From the IMG/VR virus record IMGVR_UViG_3300032088_001800, positions 62,001-126,000 of that record: DNA of 64,000 bases. One strand, 5' to 3'. The first letter of the stretch is position 1; every line of letters begins with the position of its first letter. Of the stretch, positions 48,634-58,697 are shown in pieces. The notes under the pieces were generated by a model. It was not told the origin of the DNA, did no database searches, and saw nothing but the letters and a program-made list of their open reading frames with translations. The stretch is from an uncultured virus (IMG/VR IMGVR_UViG_3300032088_001800) (lineage: Duplodnaviria > Heunggongvirae > Uroviricota > Caudoviricetes). The translations under genes and the position numbers were made by a program.

Positions 48634-51600
48634 ATGCCTAGACTCACAGATTTAGCACAGCTCGGAACTATAACGTTAACATCACCTGGAGGCGGCATTG
48701 AGCCTCCAACACCTGGTGCTCCTTATTATAATCTTACTAGAACAGCATTAAGTGTAACTGAAGAATCAGATACATTTGACATTACACTATCAACAGCAAA
48801 CGTAGCTTCAGGAACATCAGTACCCTACACAATTACAGGCGTAAGTAGTGCAGATATAGATAGTGTAAGTTTAACAGGTAACTTTACAGTACCTGACTCT
48901 AATTTCCAGGTATCAAGCTACAACAATACGGTGCCAATTAGCGTAGATATTGATGTTACTGGTAACATACCAAGCGGTACATATGTAAGTAGTGGTACTA
49001 TAGAGTTTGACGGTCAAATATTAGCTGTAGACAGTGTATCGCTTACAGGTACTACGTTAACTATAAACTTACCATCAAACTTTTCTACTGAACCAACAGC
49101 TGGTGAAAATGTTGTTGTGCAAGGATTAATTTATTCGTCAGGCTTTTGGCCACAAGTAAGTAGCAGTATTACATTTACAACAACACCAGATATAACAGAA
49201 GAAGGTAACGAATTATTTAATTTATCACTAGACAGTGGTGCAGATAGTGTTTCAGTAACAATTCAAGATACTAGTAAACCTACTTATTCATTAACCGGTT
49301 CAAATAATGTAAACGAAGGCGCAAGTGCTGGATACTTACTTACTACAACAAATATAACTGATGGTACACTAGTACCTTATACAATCACTGGTGTGTCTAG
49401 TGCAGATATAGATGGTGCAAGTTTAACAGGCAACTTTACAATTACCAGTGGGCTTGCTACGTTAAACTTAACAATAACAGAAGACCTAACTACAGAAGGA
49501 AATGAAATACTTACACTTTCATTGGACAACGGAAAGTCTAGTATACAAACTGTAATTAACGATACAAGCGTAGAACCATTACCAATAACTTATGGATTAT
49601 CGACAACATCAAATAGTGTAAACGAAGGCGATAGCTTTACAATTAATTTAAGTACAACTAACGCTGACATAGGCACTGCTATACCATATGTAATATCTGG
49701 AGTAACTACTGATGATATCAGCGGAGCAAGTCTTACTGGAAACTTTACAACTGAAGCAGACGGATCCGATAGTATTGAATTTACTGTAGCAAACGACTTA
49801 GCAGCAGAAGGTCTTGAAACCTTTAGGTTAACTGTAGATAATGAAAATACACTTGTTGATGTTGACATTGTTGATACTAGTATTCCTACATTTAGTGTTA
49901 CTGCAAACAAAACTTATGTTCCAGAAGGCGAAACAATAATCTTTAGTATGATTGGAACTGGGGCGTTAACTGGCGATAGTGTTTCTTATGGAATTACAGG
50001 AATTGATAATAGTGACATTTCTGCAGGCGCATTAAACGGAACTGTAAACTTTAGTTCTTCAGGCGGCAACACTTACATTGCACAAGTTACACTAACAATA
50101 GCAGCAGATACTACAGCAGAAAACTTAGAAACTATAACATTTACAATGGACTCGGTAACTACAAACGGGGCTGTGACTGGATCTCCAGTACTTAATGTAG
50201 TCGTAACAGATAGCAGTTCAACAGTAAGTACATTTCATGATAGAATACAATTTAGTAACAACAATATAACTTTATCAAAAACTTGCTATAGTGCTGAAAA
50301 AGAAAAATTCGTTGTAGGTACTGCTACTGTAGGTTCGGCTATATGGGGCGTTATAATTAAATATTCGCCAACTAACGGTTTAGAAAGATGGCATAGATTT
50401 AGAGTAAGTGGATCAAATACTTACTTTACATCATGTGCTTATGACGATACTCAAGATAAATTATTTGTAGTAGGCTATACAAACGACGGACAAAATAATG
50501 CAATTGCTCTTAGATTTGATAATAATCTAGTAGAAGATTCAGATAGATTTATATCAGGTACTTCAGGTGATAGTGGATCTGTAACACAAGCAGCATATTA
50601 CGATTGTGATGTAAATAATGCAGGACAATTGTTTGCAGGTGGACAAGCCAGTGACGGTAATGGTACAGGGGGACTTTTATCTAAATTTACTTGGGGTAGT
50701 TCGATTACACACGGAAAGTTAGACTCTTCTTCGGGTACATATAATATTGAAAATGTACTAATATCACCAGCTGGTGTAGTACTTGGTGGATTTGCTTCTA
50801 TAATATATCCAAAGATTACTGTAATTAGTACATCACTTGATTCGGTATTAAGCAACTATAGATTTGTTTATTCTAACAGAGGACGATATCCTTATGCAAA
50901 TTGTCGAATAGCAAAAAGTAGTTCAGGAACAAATTATATCTATATGCCTACTAACCAACCTAGTGGTACGTATGCCGGGCACGGATTTGTAAGAGCAACA
51001 AACTCATCAGGATCTACATTTAGCTCATCAACTATGGCTACAGCAAACTTTACAACAAGTTCAACTGATTATCTTAGAAGTTTTGTGCAAGTTGATTCTG
51101 CAGGAGACGAATTCTTTGCTGCTACATTTGGCAATGATATATTTGTAACCAAAGACAATACATGGCAAGGAAAGTTTACTCCGGGAACAGGTTATACTGA
51201 TATTAATGCATACGACTTTAATCTTGACGCAGATGAAAATTGGTGGTTAGCAGGAAGTCAAACAAGTACCTCAGGACGTATTGATGGATTTGTGTTACAA
51301 AGTTTAAACGGATATGCTCCTAGTTCACAAATTGGTGATTTTAATATTGATGATACTGTTAACTACAGTAGGGGAGCAACTGCACAACGTCTTACTACGG
51401 ATACAAGTTATAGAATTACTAGTGTAGGATCAGTACCATTTGGATCTAATGGCACTGGATACACATCAGGGTATGCAACTACAAATAATGTTTTTCAAAC
51501 AGATATAAACAATATTACTGTAACAAGAGAAACAACCATTTGGGTCGGCACAGCTACATACAGTTTATCAAGATCAGCGACATCTATCAATGAAGGTCAA

Positions 51601-53769
51601 AGTGTTACAATAACACTAACTACTACAGAAGTTGATGACGGAACATTAGTTCCGTATGCAATCACAGGTATAGGTGCTAGTGATTTATCAAGTGGTGCAA
51701 TTACTGGTAACTTTACTGTTAATAGTAATACTGCTGCCTTAACATTTACAACATCACAAGATGTAACTACAGAGGGCACAGAGAATATGACTCTCTCATT
51801 GAGTAATGGACAAGCTAGTGTTATTGTACAAATTAACGATACAAGTGCAGGACCTGATACGTATTATCTAGCATCTGCTGCTTTACCCGATGGCTATAAC
51901 GGTGGTAGAGGTCTATTAGCAGAAGCAGATATAGGAGAAACTAGCAGTTATAAAGGTTGGAGTTATTGGACATGGATTAGCCCGCAAGATCCTTATGATA
52001 ATTACATATATGCAGACGATCAAAACGGTGAAAATATATGGCGTATAGAAATTGATCGTCTACTATTTAAAATGACACAAGATGCTAATTATTTGTATTT
52101 TATACATTATTCAGAAAACGCCCGGGCTGATAGAACTGTAGGCGACAGATTTACAATAATGAAAGTTGCTAAATCTGATGGAGAAATTGTTTCTAGAAGA
52201 ACATTTAGAAACGGTTCAAACTTTGGCACATTCCAAGACCCAAATTACGGACGTATGACGCCTATGGATATGTCATATAATTCTACAACAGGCGATATTG
52301 GTTTTGCATTTCTACTTAGTAACGAAAACACGGACAACAGTGCCAATGGTATGACAGGAGAGTTTGCTGCACCTAGATTGGGTATGACTACTATTGATCC
52401 TTCTAATCTATCAAACGGTACTGTCTATATGAAACGTATGTCATGGGGCTCATTTGGCGGTACATCTGTATATACATTATATAGGTATGATGGTTGCACT
52501 CTAATACCTAGAGGAAACTCAGGTTACACACTTTGTATGAACGGCGGATATAACACAGATGATCAAGGTTTAGAGTCAAGGATTTGTTTTGTAAACTATA
52601 CATCAGCAGGCGCATACTCAAGTAATAGAGTGTTAACAGGAGTCGGAACAAACGTTGACGATTACACTTATTCAGAACCTTATATTGGTACTACCGGTGA
52701 CTGGAGTATGATAATGTCTGATGCCACTTATATTTCTAATGTAGGATCAGTTGTAGTAACTGGCATCTTCTTTGGCGACTCGCAAATCTCAGCTGCTACT
52801 GATGTTCCTTTCTTAGTTGAATATTATCCTGATACAAATGCCATTACATCTTTCAAGAGAGCTAGAGGCGGCGTGAATTCATCTTTTAAAGATTATGACT
52901 ATAACATTACATATCTCAATCATAATCATACACGCGGTGGACCGAGAATACAATACGATTCTACTACAAATCAATTATGGACAGCTTGGAGTGAACGGTG
53001 TAACGATCCTCAGCTAACATTTGATTATGATGACGTACCTAACACAAGTTATTTTATTATTAGATTACTAGGATGGTCCGGCTCATGGAGTACAGCACAA
53101 TACTACCATTCATGGACTGTGAACAGGCAACACGCATTTTTTGCGAGATACAACGATCTTAGTTATTTTAATTCTAGCAATGAGTACGAAACTGTAGACA
53201 CTGTTTATGCCAGCTCAAATTTTGTACATAGCTTAATAGCCGGAGCAACTAGCGCAGGTGATCCGTTTATAAGATTACATTATTCTTGCCATAATGGTAG
53301 CCCATTTCGAGTTATCAACCAAGTTGCAAAGATACCTTCGGGAGGTTTTGGAGTTACAGGAGGAAATACTGTAACTTTTTATGCCGATAATGCTAATGAT
53401 AAGACATGGGATTCTGGCTTCAATATACAAACATCACAAACTACTGACGCAGGCCCAACACTAAATGCTGTTAGGTATAGATTTTTAGGCTCTGGCGATC
53501 CTCATTTTATGAACGGTACTAGTATAGACGTAGATGATGTTTGGGTAGAAATTACTGACTCTAATATTAATACATCTAGTGCTAATCCATCAAATTACGG
53601 AACTATACAAGGCATGGTATTACAAAGTCAATCTTTGGATAATCCAACTATCGTATGGCTCGGTGCTGCATCAGGAGCAGATGCTGTTCTAGGCGGAAGT
53701 TCATGGCATTTGGTAAACGATATTAATACAATATATAGGCTAGGTAACTTTGTACCTTACACAGGATAA
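48634..53769 (+). CDS. Large fibre/spike protein with Calx-beta/Ig-like repeats and propeller-like regions
   Basis: About five repeats Y.L....VNEG....L.TT...GT.VPY.ITG....DI.G..LTGNFT...EG.E...L.LD.G......I.DTS. Confidence 0.7.
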   Translation: MPRLTDLAQLGTITLTSPGGGIEPPTPGAPYYNLTRTALSVTEESDTFDITLSTANVASGTSVPYTITGVSSADIDSVSLTGNFTVPDSNFQVSSYNNTVPISVDIDVTGNIPSGTYVSSGTIEFDGQILAVDSVSLTGTTLTINLPSNFSTEPTAGENVVVQGLIYSSGFWPQVSSSITFTTTPDITEEGNELFNLSLDSGADSVSVTIQDTSKPTYSLTGSNNVNEGASAGYLLTTTNITDGTLVPYTITGVSSADIDGASLTGNFTITSGLATLNLTITEDLTTEGNEILTLSLDNGKSSIQTVINDTSVEPLPITYGLSTTSNSVNEGDSFTINLSTTNADIGTAIPYVISGVTTDDISGASLTGNFTTEADGSDSIEFTVANDLAAEGLETFRLTVDNENTLVDVDIVDTSIPTFSVTANKTYVPEGETIIFSMIGTGALTGDSVSYGITGIDNSDISAGALNGTVNFSSSGGNTYIAQVTLTIAADTTAENLETITFTMDSVTTNGAVTGSPVLNVVVTDSSSTVSTFHDRIQFSNNNITLSKTCYSAEKEKFVVGTATVGSAIWGVIIKYSPTNGLERWHRFRVSGSNTYFTSCAYDDTQDKLFVVGYTNDGQNNAIALRFDNNLVEDSDRFISGTSGDSGSVTQAAYYDCDVNNAGQLFAGGQASDGNGTGGLLSKFTWGSSITHGKLDSSSGTYNIENVLISPAGVVLGGFASIIYPKITVISTSLDSVLSNYRFVYSNRGRYPYANCRIAKSSSGTNYIYMPTNQPSGTYAGHGFVRATNSSGSTFSSSTMATANFTTSSTDYLRSFVQVDSAGDEFFAATFGNDIFVTKDNTWQGKFTPGTGYTDINAYDFNLDADENWWLAGSQTSTSGRIDGFVLQSLNGYAPSSQIGDFNIDDTVNYSRGATAQRLTTDTSYRITSVGSVPFGSNGTGYTSGYATTNNVFQTDINNITVTRETTIWVGTATYSLSRSATSINEGQSVTITLTTTEVDDGTLVPYAITGIGASDLSSGAITGNFTVNSNTAALTFTTSQDVTTEGTENMTLSLSNGQASVIVQINDTSAGPDTYYLASAALPDGYNGGRGLLAEADIGETSSYKGWSYWTWISPQDPYDNYIYADDQNGENIWRIEIDRLLFKMTQDANYLYFIHYSENARADRTVGDRFTIMKVAKSDGEIVSRRTFRNGSNFGTFQDPNYGRMTPMDMSYNSTTGDIGFAFLLSNENTDNSANGMTGEFAAPRLGMTTIDPSNLSNGTVYMKRMSWGSFGGTSVYTLYRYDGCTLIPRGNSGYTLCMNGGYNTDDQGLESRICFVNYTSAGAYSSNRVLTGVGTNVDDYTYSEPYIGTTGDWSMIMSDATYISNVGSVVVTGIFFGDSQISAATDVPFLVEYYPDTNAITSFKRARGGVNSSFKDYDYNITYLNHNHTRGGPRIQYDSTTNQLWTAWSERCNDPQLTFDYDDVPNTSYFIIRLLGWSGSWSTAQYYHSWTVNRQHAFFARYNDLSYFNSSNEYETVDTVYASSNFVHSLIAGATSAGDPFIRLHYSCHNGSPFRVINQVAKIPSGGFGVTGGNTVTFYADNANDKTWDSGFNIQTSQTTDAGPTLNAVRYRFLGSGDPHFMNGTSIDVDDVWVEITDSNINTSSANPSNYGTIQGMVLQSQSLDNPTIVWLGAASGADAVLGGSSWHLVNDINTIYRLGNFVPYTG

Positions 53770-53773
53770 TATT

Positions 53774-55348
53774 ATGGAAAAAGAATACATTGTAATTGTT
53801 AAAAAAGGAATAGACCTAGAAGTATTTGATGCTGAAATGGCAGCAAATCAAGGACACGGCCCTATTCCTAACAGGCAAGTTGTAATTGCTAACCCTAGAC
53901 ATGCATCTAAGCGCATGACACATTGGATGCTTACTGACGAAGAAGCAAATGAATTACGCAATGACCCGAGAGTACTTGAAATAGAAATACCACCTGAATA
54001 CCGTAATGACATTGAAATTGGGCTAAATGCTTCACAAAGTTTTAACTTTAGCAAAACTACACAACCTGTTAACACAAATGCAAATTGGGGATTACGTAGA
54101 ACTAATAGTGCTACAAACAATTACGGATCGTCAAACGATCCTGATACACAAGTTTACGAATATGCACTTGACGGCGCAGGTGTAGATATAGTAATTCAAG
54201 ATACTGGAATACAAGCAGATCACCCTGAATGGGAAGATGCTAACGGTGTTAGTAGATTGCAACAAATTGACTGGTTTACTGCTAGTGGATTACCTGGCGC
54301 AATGCCAACTAATCATTATACTGACTTTCATGGACACGGTACTCACTGTGCAGGCGGCAGTGCAGGCAAAACATACGGCTTTGCCAAAGGTGCAGCAATA
54401 TATGCAATGAAGGTTGACGGTTTACAAGGACCAACTGATCCTAATGGCGGCATATCAATTGCAGATTGTTTTGATACAATTAAAGAATGGCACAACAACA
54501 AAACAAATGGACGCCCGACTATAGTTAATATGAGCTGGGGATATAGCGGTACTCGTACACAAACAAACCCAACAGGCGGCACCTATAGAGGAACACCCTG
54601 GACTTACAATGCAGAAACTGGTAACGAACTTTGGGCAGCATATGGTATTGTCCCGCAATTAAATAGCGGCGGCCTTGTAGCTAGACGTATACCAGTAAGA
54701 GTAGCATCAGTTGATACTGATATAGAAGAACTTATTGATGCTGGTGTACATGTTGTTATTGCAAGCGGAAATTCATATTACAAGATTGATGAGCCTACAG
54801 GCGATGATTATAACAATCAGGTAGATTTAGGAAATGGTAACGAAACTTATCACCGAGGTAGTAGTCCTTATTCAACAGAGGCATTTATAGTAGGTAATAT
54901 AGATAGTACTACTACAAGCATTAGCGGAACACCAAGAGACAAAACAGCCGGAAGTAGTTGTAAAGGTCCTGGAGTAAATATTTGGGCACCAGGAACAGAT
55001 ATAATAAGTTCAGCTAGTGGAACAACAGTTTTTGGCGCTTCAACAGGTGCCTACGATGATAACTTTAATCTAGCAAACATAAGCGGCACAAGTATGGCAG
55101 CGCCACAAGTTGCTGGATTGGCATGTTTGCATTTACAAGTAAAACCTAAACTAACACCAGCTGAATTGTTTAATAGAATTGTTGCTGATACAAAGGCAGA
55201 AATATACGATACTGGACTTGATAACGATTATAGTGCATTTTCAACATCAATTATGGGATCTGCAAATAGAATGCTTTACAGTAAATATGGTATACAACCT
55301 ATTACTGTTGCAAGTAATATAACTAACACAAACGTAAATACAGGATAA
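53774..55348 (+). CDS. Subtilisin-like S8 serine protease (start reassigned to ATG 53774)
   Basis: Catalytic triad motifs VIQDTG, HGTHCAG, SGTSMAAPQVAG; oxyanion ASGN; N-terminal propeptide. Confidence 0.92.
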   Translation: MEKEYIVIVKKGIDLEVFDAEMAANQGHGPIPNRQVVIANPRHASKRMTHWMLTDEEANELRNDPRVLEIEIPPEYRNDIEIGLNASQSFNFSKTTQPVNTNANWGLRRTNSATNNYGSSNDPDTQVYEYALDGAGVDIVIQDTGIQADHPEWEDANGVSRLQQIDWFTASGLPGAMPTNHYTDFHGHGTHCAGGSAGKTYGFAKGAAIYAMKVDGLQGPTDPNGGISIADCFDTIKEWHNNKTNGRPTIVNMSWGYSGTRTQTNPTGGTYRGTPWTYNAETGNELWAAYGIVPQLNSGGLVARRIPVRVASVDTDIEELIDAGVHVVIASGNSYYKIDEPTGDDYNNQVDLGNGNETYHRGSSPYSTEAFIVGNIDSTTTSISGTPRDKTAGSSCKGPGVNIWAPGTDIISSASGTTVFGASTGAYDDNFNLANISGTSMAAPQVAGLACLHLQVKPKLTPAELFNRIVADTKAEIYDTGLDNDYSAFSTSIMGSANRMLYSKYGIQPITVASNITNTNVNTG

Positions 55349-55351
55349 ATA
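55345..55351 (+). promoter_or_regulatory. Late promoter ATAAATA (second copy GTAAATA at 55334-55340)
   Basis: Consensus before AAGGA SD and ATG 55368. Confidence 0.6.
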
Positions 55352-55367
55352 TAAAAAAGGATTAATT

Positions 55368-56210
55368 ATGGCTAAATTTGATTTTCCAACATCACCAAGT
55401 GTGAATGACGTATATACATCAAATAATACAACTTGGCAATGGGACGGAACAGCATGGAATGTTGTGACTACATCAGCACCTTTAGCGGCACAGAATGTTT
55501 GGACAACAATTAATTCAGATAGCGGCCAAACAAGTGCTAATACTACAAGCGATGAACTTACTATTACAGGCGGAACTGATATAGGTACTGCTATAGTAGG
55601 AGATGTAATTACAATTAACTACACAGGTTCAGGCGGCGGTGGAGGCGGAAGCAGTTATACAAACTCTGATGTTGATACACACTTGAATACATCTTCAGCA
55701 AGCACCAATGAAATACTAAGCTGGAACGGCAGTGACTATGCATGGGTAGCTGACCAAACTGGTAGTGGTGGCGGTGGTGGCTCTAGTACATTTAGTGGTA
55801 CTACTGATGCTACAGCAGCAGGACTAAATGTTGCTAAAATATATGAACCTGCTATAGCTATGTTACGAGTTGATAATGTAGGAGCAACTTCTTATACTTT
55901 TGAACCGCATTATTTAGGTAATAATCCTACAATATATGCACTAAGTGGCACAACAATTGCATTTGATTTGACTAATGTTGGCGGACATCCTTTTGAAATA
56001 CAAGACGGATCAGGAACAGCATATAACACAGGTGTTGTTCATGTCAGTACAACAGGAACAGTTACAACTGGTGCAGCAGCCCAAGGTAATTCAAGCGGGG
56101 TGTTATATTGGAGAATACCAGAAACACTATTTGGATCATATAGATATCAATGCCAATCTCATGTTTCAATGGTTGGTGCAATTAGCCTTAAAAGACTAAG
56201 CGTTATTTGA
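55368..56210 (+). CDS. Short fibre protein with a C-terminal cupredoxin-like domain
   Basis: FPTSP....Y......WQWDG..W N-terminus; GHPF...YRYQCQSHVSMVG. Confidence 0.7.
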   Translation: MAKFDFPTSPSVNDVYTSNNTTWQWDGTAWNVVTTSAPLAAQNVWTTINSDSGQTSANTTSDELTITGGTDIGTAIVGDVITINYTGSGGGGGGSSYTNSDVDTHLNTSSASTNEILSWNGSDYAWVADQTGSGGGGGSSTFSGTTDATAAGLNVAKIYEPAIAMLRVDNVGATSYTFEPHYLGNNPTIYALSGTTIAFDLTNVGGHPFEIQDGSGTAYNTGVVHVSTTGTVTTGAAAQGNSSGVLYWRIPETLFGSYRYQCQSHVSMVGAISLKRLSVI

Positions 56211-56474
56211 TTTACTATAATCGTCAAGCAACTTTCTAGCTTGAGCTCTTATAATATTCATCTGTGTTCTTGGCTCTTGCATCAAAGCAGGCGTAATATG
56301 ACCATTAGGATTAGTAGTATGACCGACATCAATCATGTCAACTAATTCAACTAACTTGTCAGTAAGCATATTTAGGTCTGCTTTAATTTTTTGATCTTTA
56401 ACTTTCTTTGCAGAATCTCTAAGCGTCTTTACTTCTTGTATATGCTTAGAATGTTTTTGTAATTTAGGTAACAT
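56196..56474 (-). CDS. Hypothetical helical protein
   Basis: 92 aa; last gene of a minus-strand operon; GGA SD. Confidence 0.55.
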   Translation of the reverse strand: MLPKLQKHSKHIQEVKTLRDSAKKVKDQKIKADLNMLTDKLVELVDMIDVGHTTNPNGHITPALMQEPRTQMNIIRAQARKLLDDYSKSNNA

Positions 56475-56476
56475 CT

Positions 56477-56833
56477 TTATTCCTTAACTCCTGAGGGCAC
56501 AATATAAAATTCATCATTCTCTACACTATTACTTACTTCTGATATACTACTTTGAGCATTTAGTGCAGTAAGCTGGTAGGGCTTATTTGTATTTATATTA
56601 AATGTAGAGCCTTCTGTTAGTTCAATATCGTACATTTGACCATCTGCTGTATCAATATGCCTTAATTGAAATGTACCTGAATTTACAAAAAACGTTTTCA
56701 ATGTATTGTTATGATATTGCATAGGTGTTCTACTACCTGCTTCTTTAAACACTAAAATCTTACCTTTGTATAATTCAGTATTTGCCCAAACTATTTCATT
56801 ACCCCATTCATGTTGTACAACATTGCCGTCCAT
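56477..56833 (-). CDS. Cupin-fold protein (mannose-6-phosphate isomerase type II C-terminal-like)
   Basis: WG.E.VW.....Y.GKIL......MQYH....TFFV.SG; metal ligands partly degenerate. Confidence 0.65.
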   Translation of the reverse strand: MDGNVVQHEWGNEIVWANTELYKGKILVFKEAGSRTPMQYHNNTLKTFFVNSGTFQLRHIDTADGQMYDIELTEGSTFNINTNKPYQLTALNAQSSISEVSNSVENDEFYIVPSGVKE

Positions 56834-57267
56834 TACAAATATCCTATTAATTTAAAAACTGTATCTAATTTTGTTAAGTTTGTTTTGCTAGTAAGTGTAT
56901 TTCTTAATCCGTGATGTAATGGCTTAGGCCATTTTCCTAATTCGACCCAAGCATAACCATTGTGTTCACTATTAAGTACAGGTAAAAACTCGTTGTCAAT
57001 AACACACAAATATGTATGAAACAAGAACATTTCGTCATTAGATATAAATGTTTCTAATGGAATAGTTTTTTTGATTTCAGGCAACGACCCTATTTCTTCT
57101 ACAATTTCTCGCTGTAGTCCTTCCCAAGGTGTTTCTACACCTTCGTTGGTTCCGCCAACAAGTCCCCACATATTACTACGTTTACCGTTAGCTCTATGTA
57201 GAAGTAAGAATCTTTTTGTAGATAACGAATAGAATAGTGCTCCGCTACAGATTATTTTTTCACTCAT
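56833..57267 (-). CDS. NUDIX hydrolase
   Basis: Nudix box GGTNEGVETPWEGLQREIVEEIG; LNSEH..YAW. Confidence 0.9.
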   Translation of the reverse strand: MSEKIICSGALFYSLSTKRFLLLHRANGKRSNMWGLVGGTNEGVETPWEGLQREIVEEIGSLPEIKKTIPLETFISNDEMFLFHTYLCVIDNEFLPVLNSEHNGYAWVELGKWPKPLHHGLRNTLTSKTNLTKLDTVFKLIGYL

Positions 57268-57272
57268 AAAAA

Positions 57273-57279
57273 TAATTAT
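57273..57279 (-). promoter_or_regulatory. Late promoter variant ATAATTA, 5 nt before ATG 57267
   Basis: Minus strand reads ATAATTA-TTTTT-ATG; no SD. Confidence 0.5.
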
Positions 57280-58697
57280 CCGTAGAGGTCTACTCTCCAG
57301 CTTCCTATTGGATATTCACCGTCAACACTTGCAAACCAAGATCCGTTGCTAAATCGGTATTGAACACCAGTAGTTAAATTTGTAGTATAAGAAGTTTCAG
57401 TAACTTCACTAGAATCAAATACTATACTCCAATTCGTGCCGCTCCATTCAACTATATCATTAGCATCGGCTACAAAATTAACACCACCAGCATTTTGCCA
57501 AGCAGCAGGACCTTCTGTATTATCAGCGTCACCTATAGATTCTAATAATAGTATACGTGTTCCGGCTACCTTTACTGAAGTAGGATTAAATGTAAGAGGA
57601 TCAATAATATAATCAATACTTGTACGGTCGCCATTTGGACCACTTATAACAGTATCGTCTGGAAAACTATCTTCGTCCCAATTAATAATTAATTTAGTTT
57701 CGTCTAGTGTGTTAATACCTATAGTACCTGTAATTAGTACATTAGTATCTTTGTTAGTTAAGAAAATTCTAGAAATATCTGCTTTATATGTTCCTGGTAA
57801 GTTTTCAACTAATCCTCGCCAACTGTATTGACCAACAGCACCTCTTGCAATAATTTGTGCTACGTTTCCAGATACATATACACCCATTCTTTGATAGTTA
57901 GTATTGGCCATTTGATCAGCAACTTCTGTAGTAGTTTTTGTACCATAATCACCAGTAGTTGAGCCTGGCGTTGGAAAGTCGTCGTAAGCTGATAGTTCTG
58001 GAAAACTTTCACCTAAATCAATAGTACCTTTATTTTCATCAAACATACTTGTAATAATATTTGTAATAGCACCCATACGTTTAACTTTTGCTGGAGGACT
58101 AATATAAATTGGCGCACTTAGTGTAAGTGTTGCTATATCAATTTCGCTGTCAACTCCAACTGGAATACTTCTATTTGTAAATTGTAAGTTTTCTAAATTT
58201 ACAACTGATAAACTTGTCCAGTCTATATAATTATCTGTAGTTTGTATTTCCAAACTAGGATTAAATAATACTAATATTTGTTCTAGTATTTGTAACTTTT
58301 GATCAGTATTACTAGTCCAAATATCTACATTGACACGTAGTAAATATGGTGTCGGCATAATTCTTTCTATAGTAAAACTTTTGCCTTTGTAATTATCATA
58401 TTCTTCATTTTCGTCATTGTATGCACGTTCAACTATATTTGTTTTTCTAACATAGGTTGCATCTGCAAGTCTGTCTCTATCCATTTCAAGTGCAGTAATA
58501 TAAACTGCCATACGTGGCGCACTAGGTAATTTATTTTCACTATTATCTCTAATAATATTTGAAACTTGTCGTGTAAGATCACCGTACATAACAGGTACTT
58601 GCTTTAATGTACCATCCATGTCAATTGAAAAATTACTACATAGTCTAATTACTTGTGTAATATATCTTCTAATTTGTCCGTCATAAAAATGCAGCAT
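57276..58697 (-). CDS. gp15: Tail terminator / sheath stabiliser, gp15-like, with C-terminal extension
   Basis: HFYDGQIRRY, VPVMYG, PRMAVYIT..D.DR, PTPY.L...IW....QKLQILEQIL.LFNP. Confidence 0.7.
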   Translation of the reverse strand: MLHFYDGQIRRYITQVIRLCSNFSIDMDGTLKQVPVMYGDLTRQVSNIIRDNSENKLPSAPRMAVYITALEMDRDRLADATYVRKTNIVERAYNDENEEYDNYKGKSFTIERIMPTPYLLRVNVDIWTSNTDQKLQILEQILVLFNPSLEIQTTDNYIDWTSLSVVNLENLQFTNRSIPVGVDSEIDIATLTLSAPIYISPPAKVKRMGAITNIITSMFDENKGTIDLGESFPELSAYDDFPTPGSTTGDYGTKTTTEVADQMANTNYQRMGVYVSGNVAQIIARGAVGQYSWRGLVENLPGTYKADISRIFLTNKDTNVLITGTIGINTLDETKLIINWDEDSFPDDTVISGPNGDRTSIDYIIDPLTFNPTSVKVAGTRILLLESIGDADNTEGPAAWQNAGGVNFVADANDIVEWSGTNWSIVFDSSEVTETSYTTNLTTGVQYRFSNGSWFASVDGEYPIGSWRVDLYG

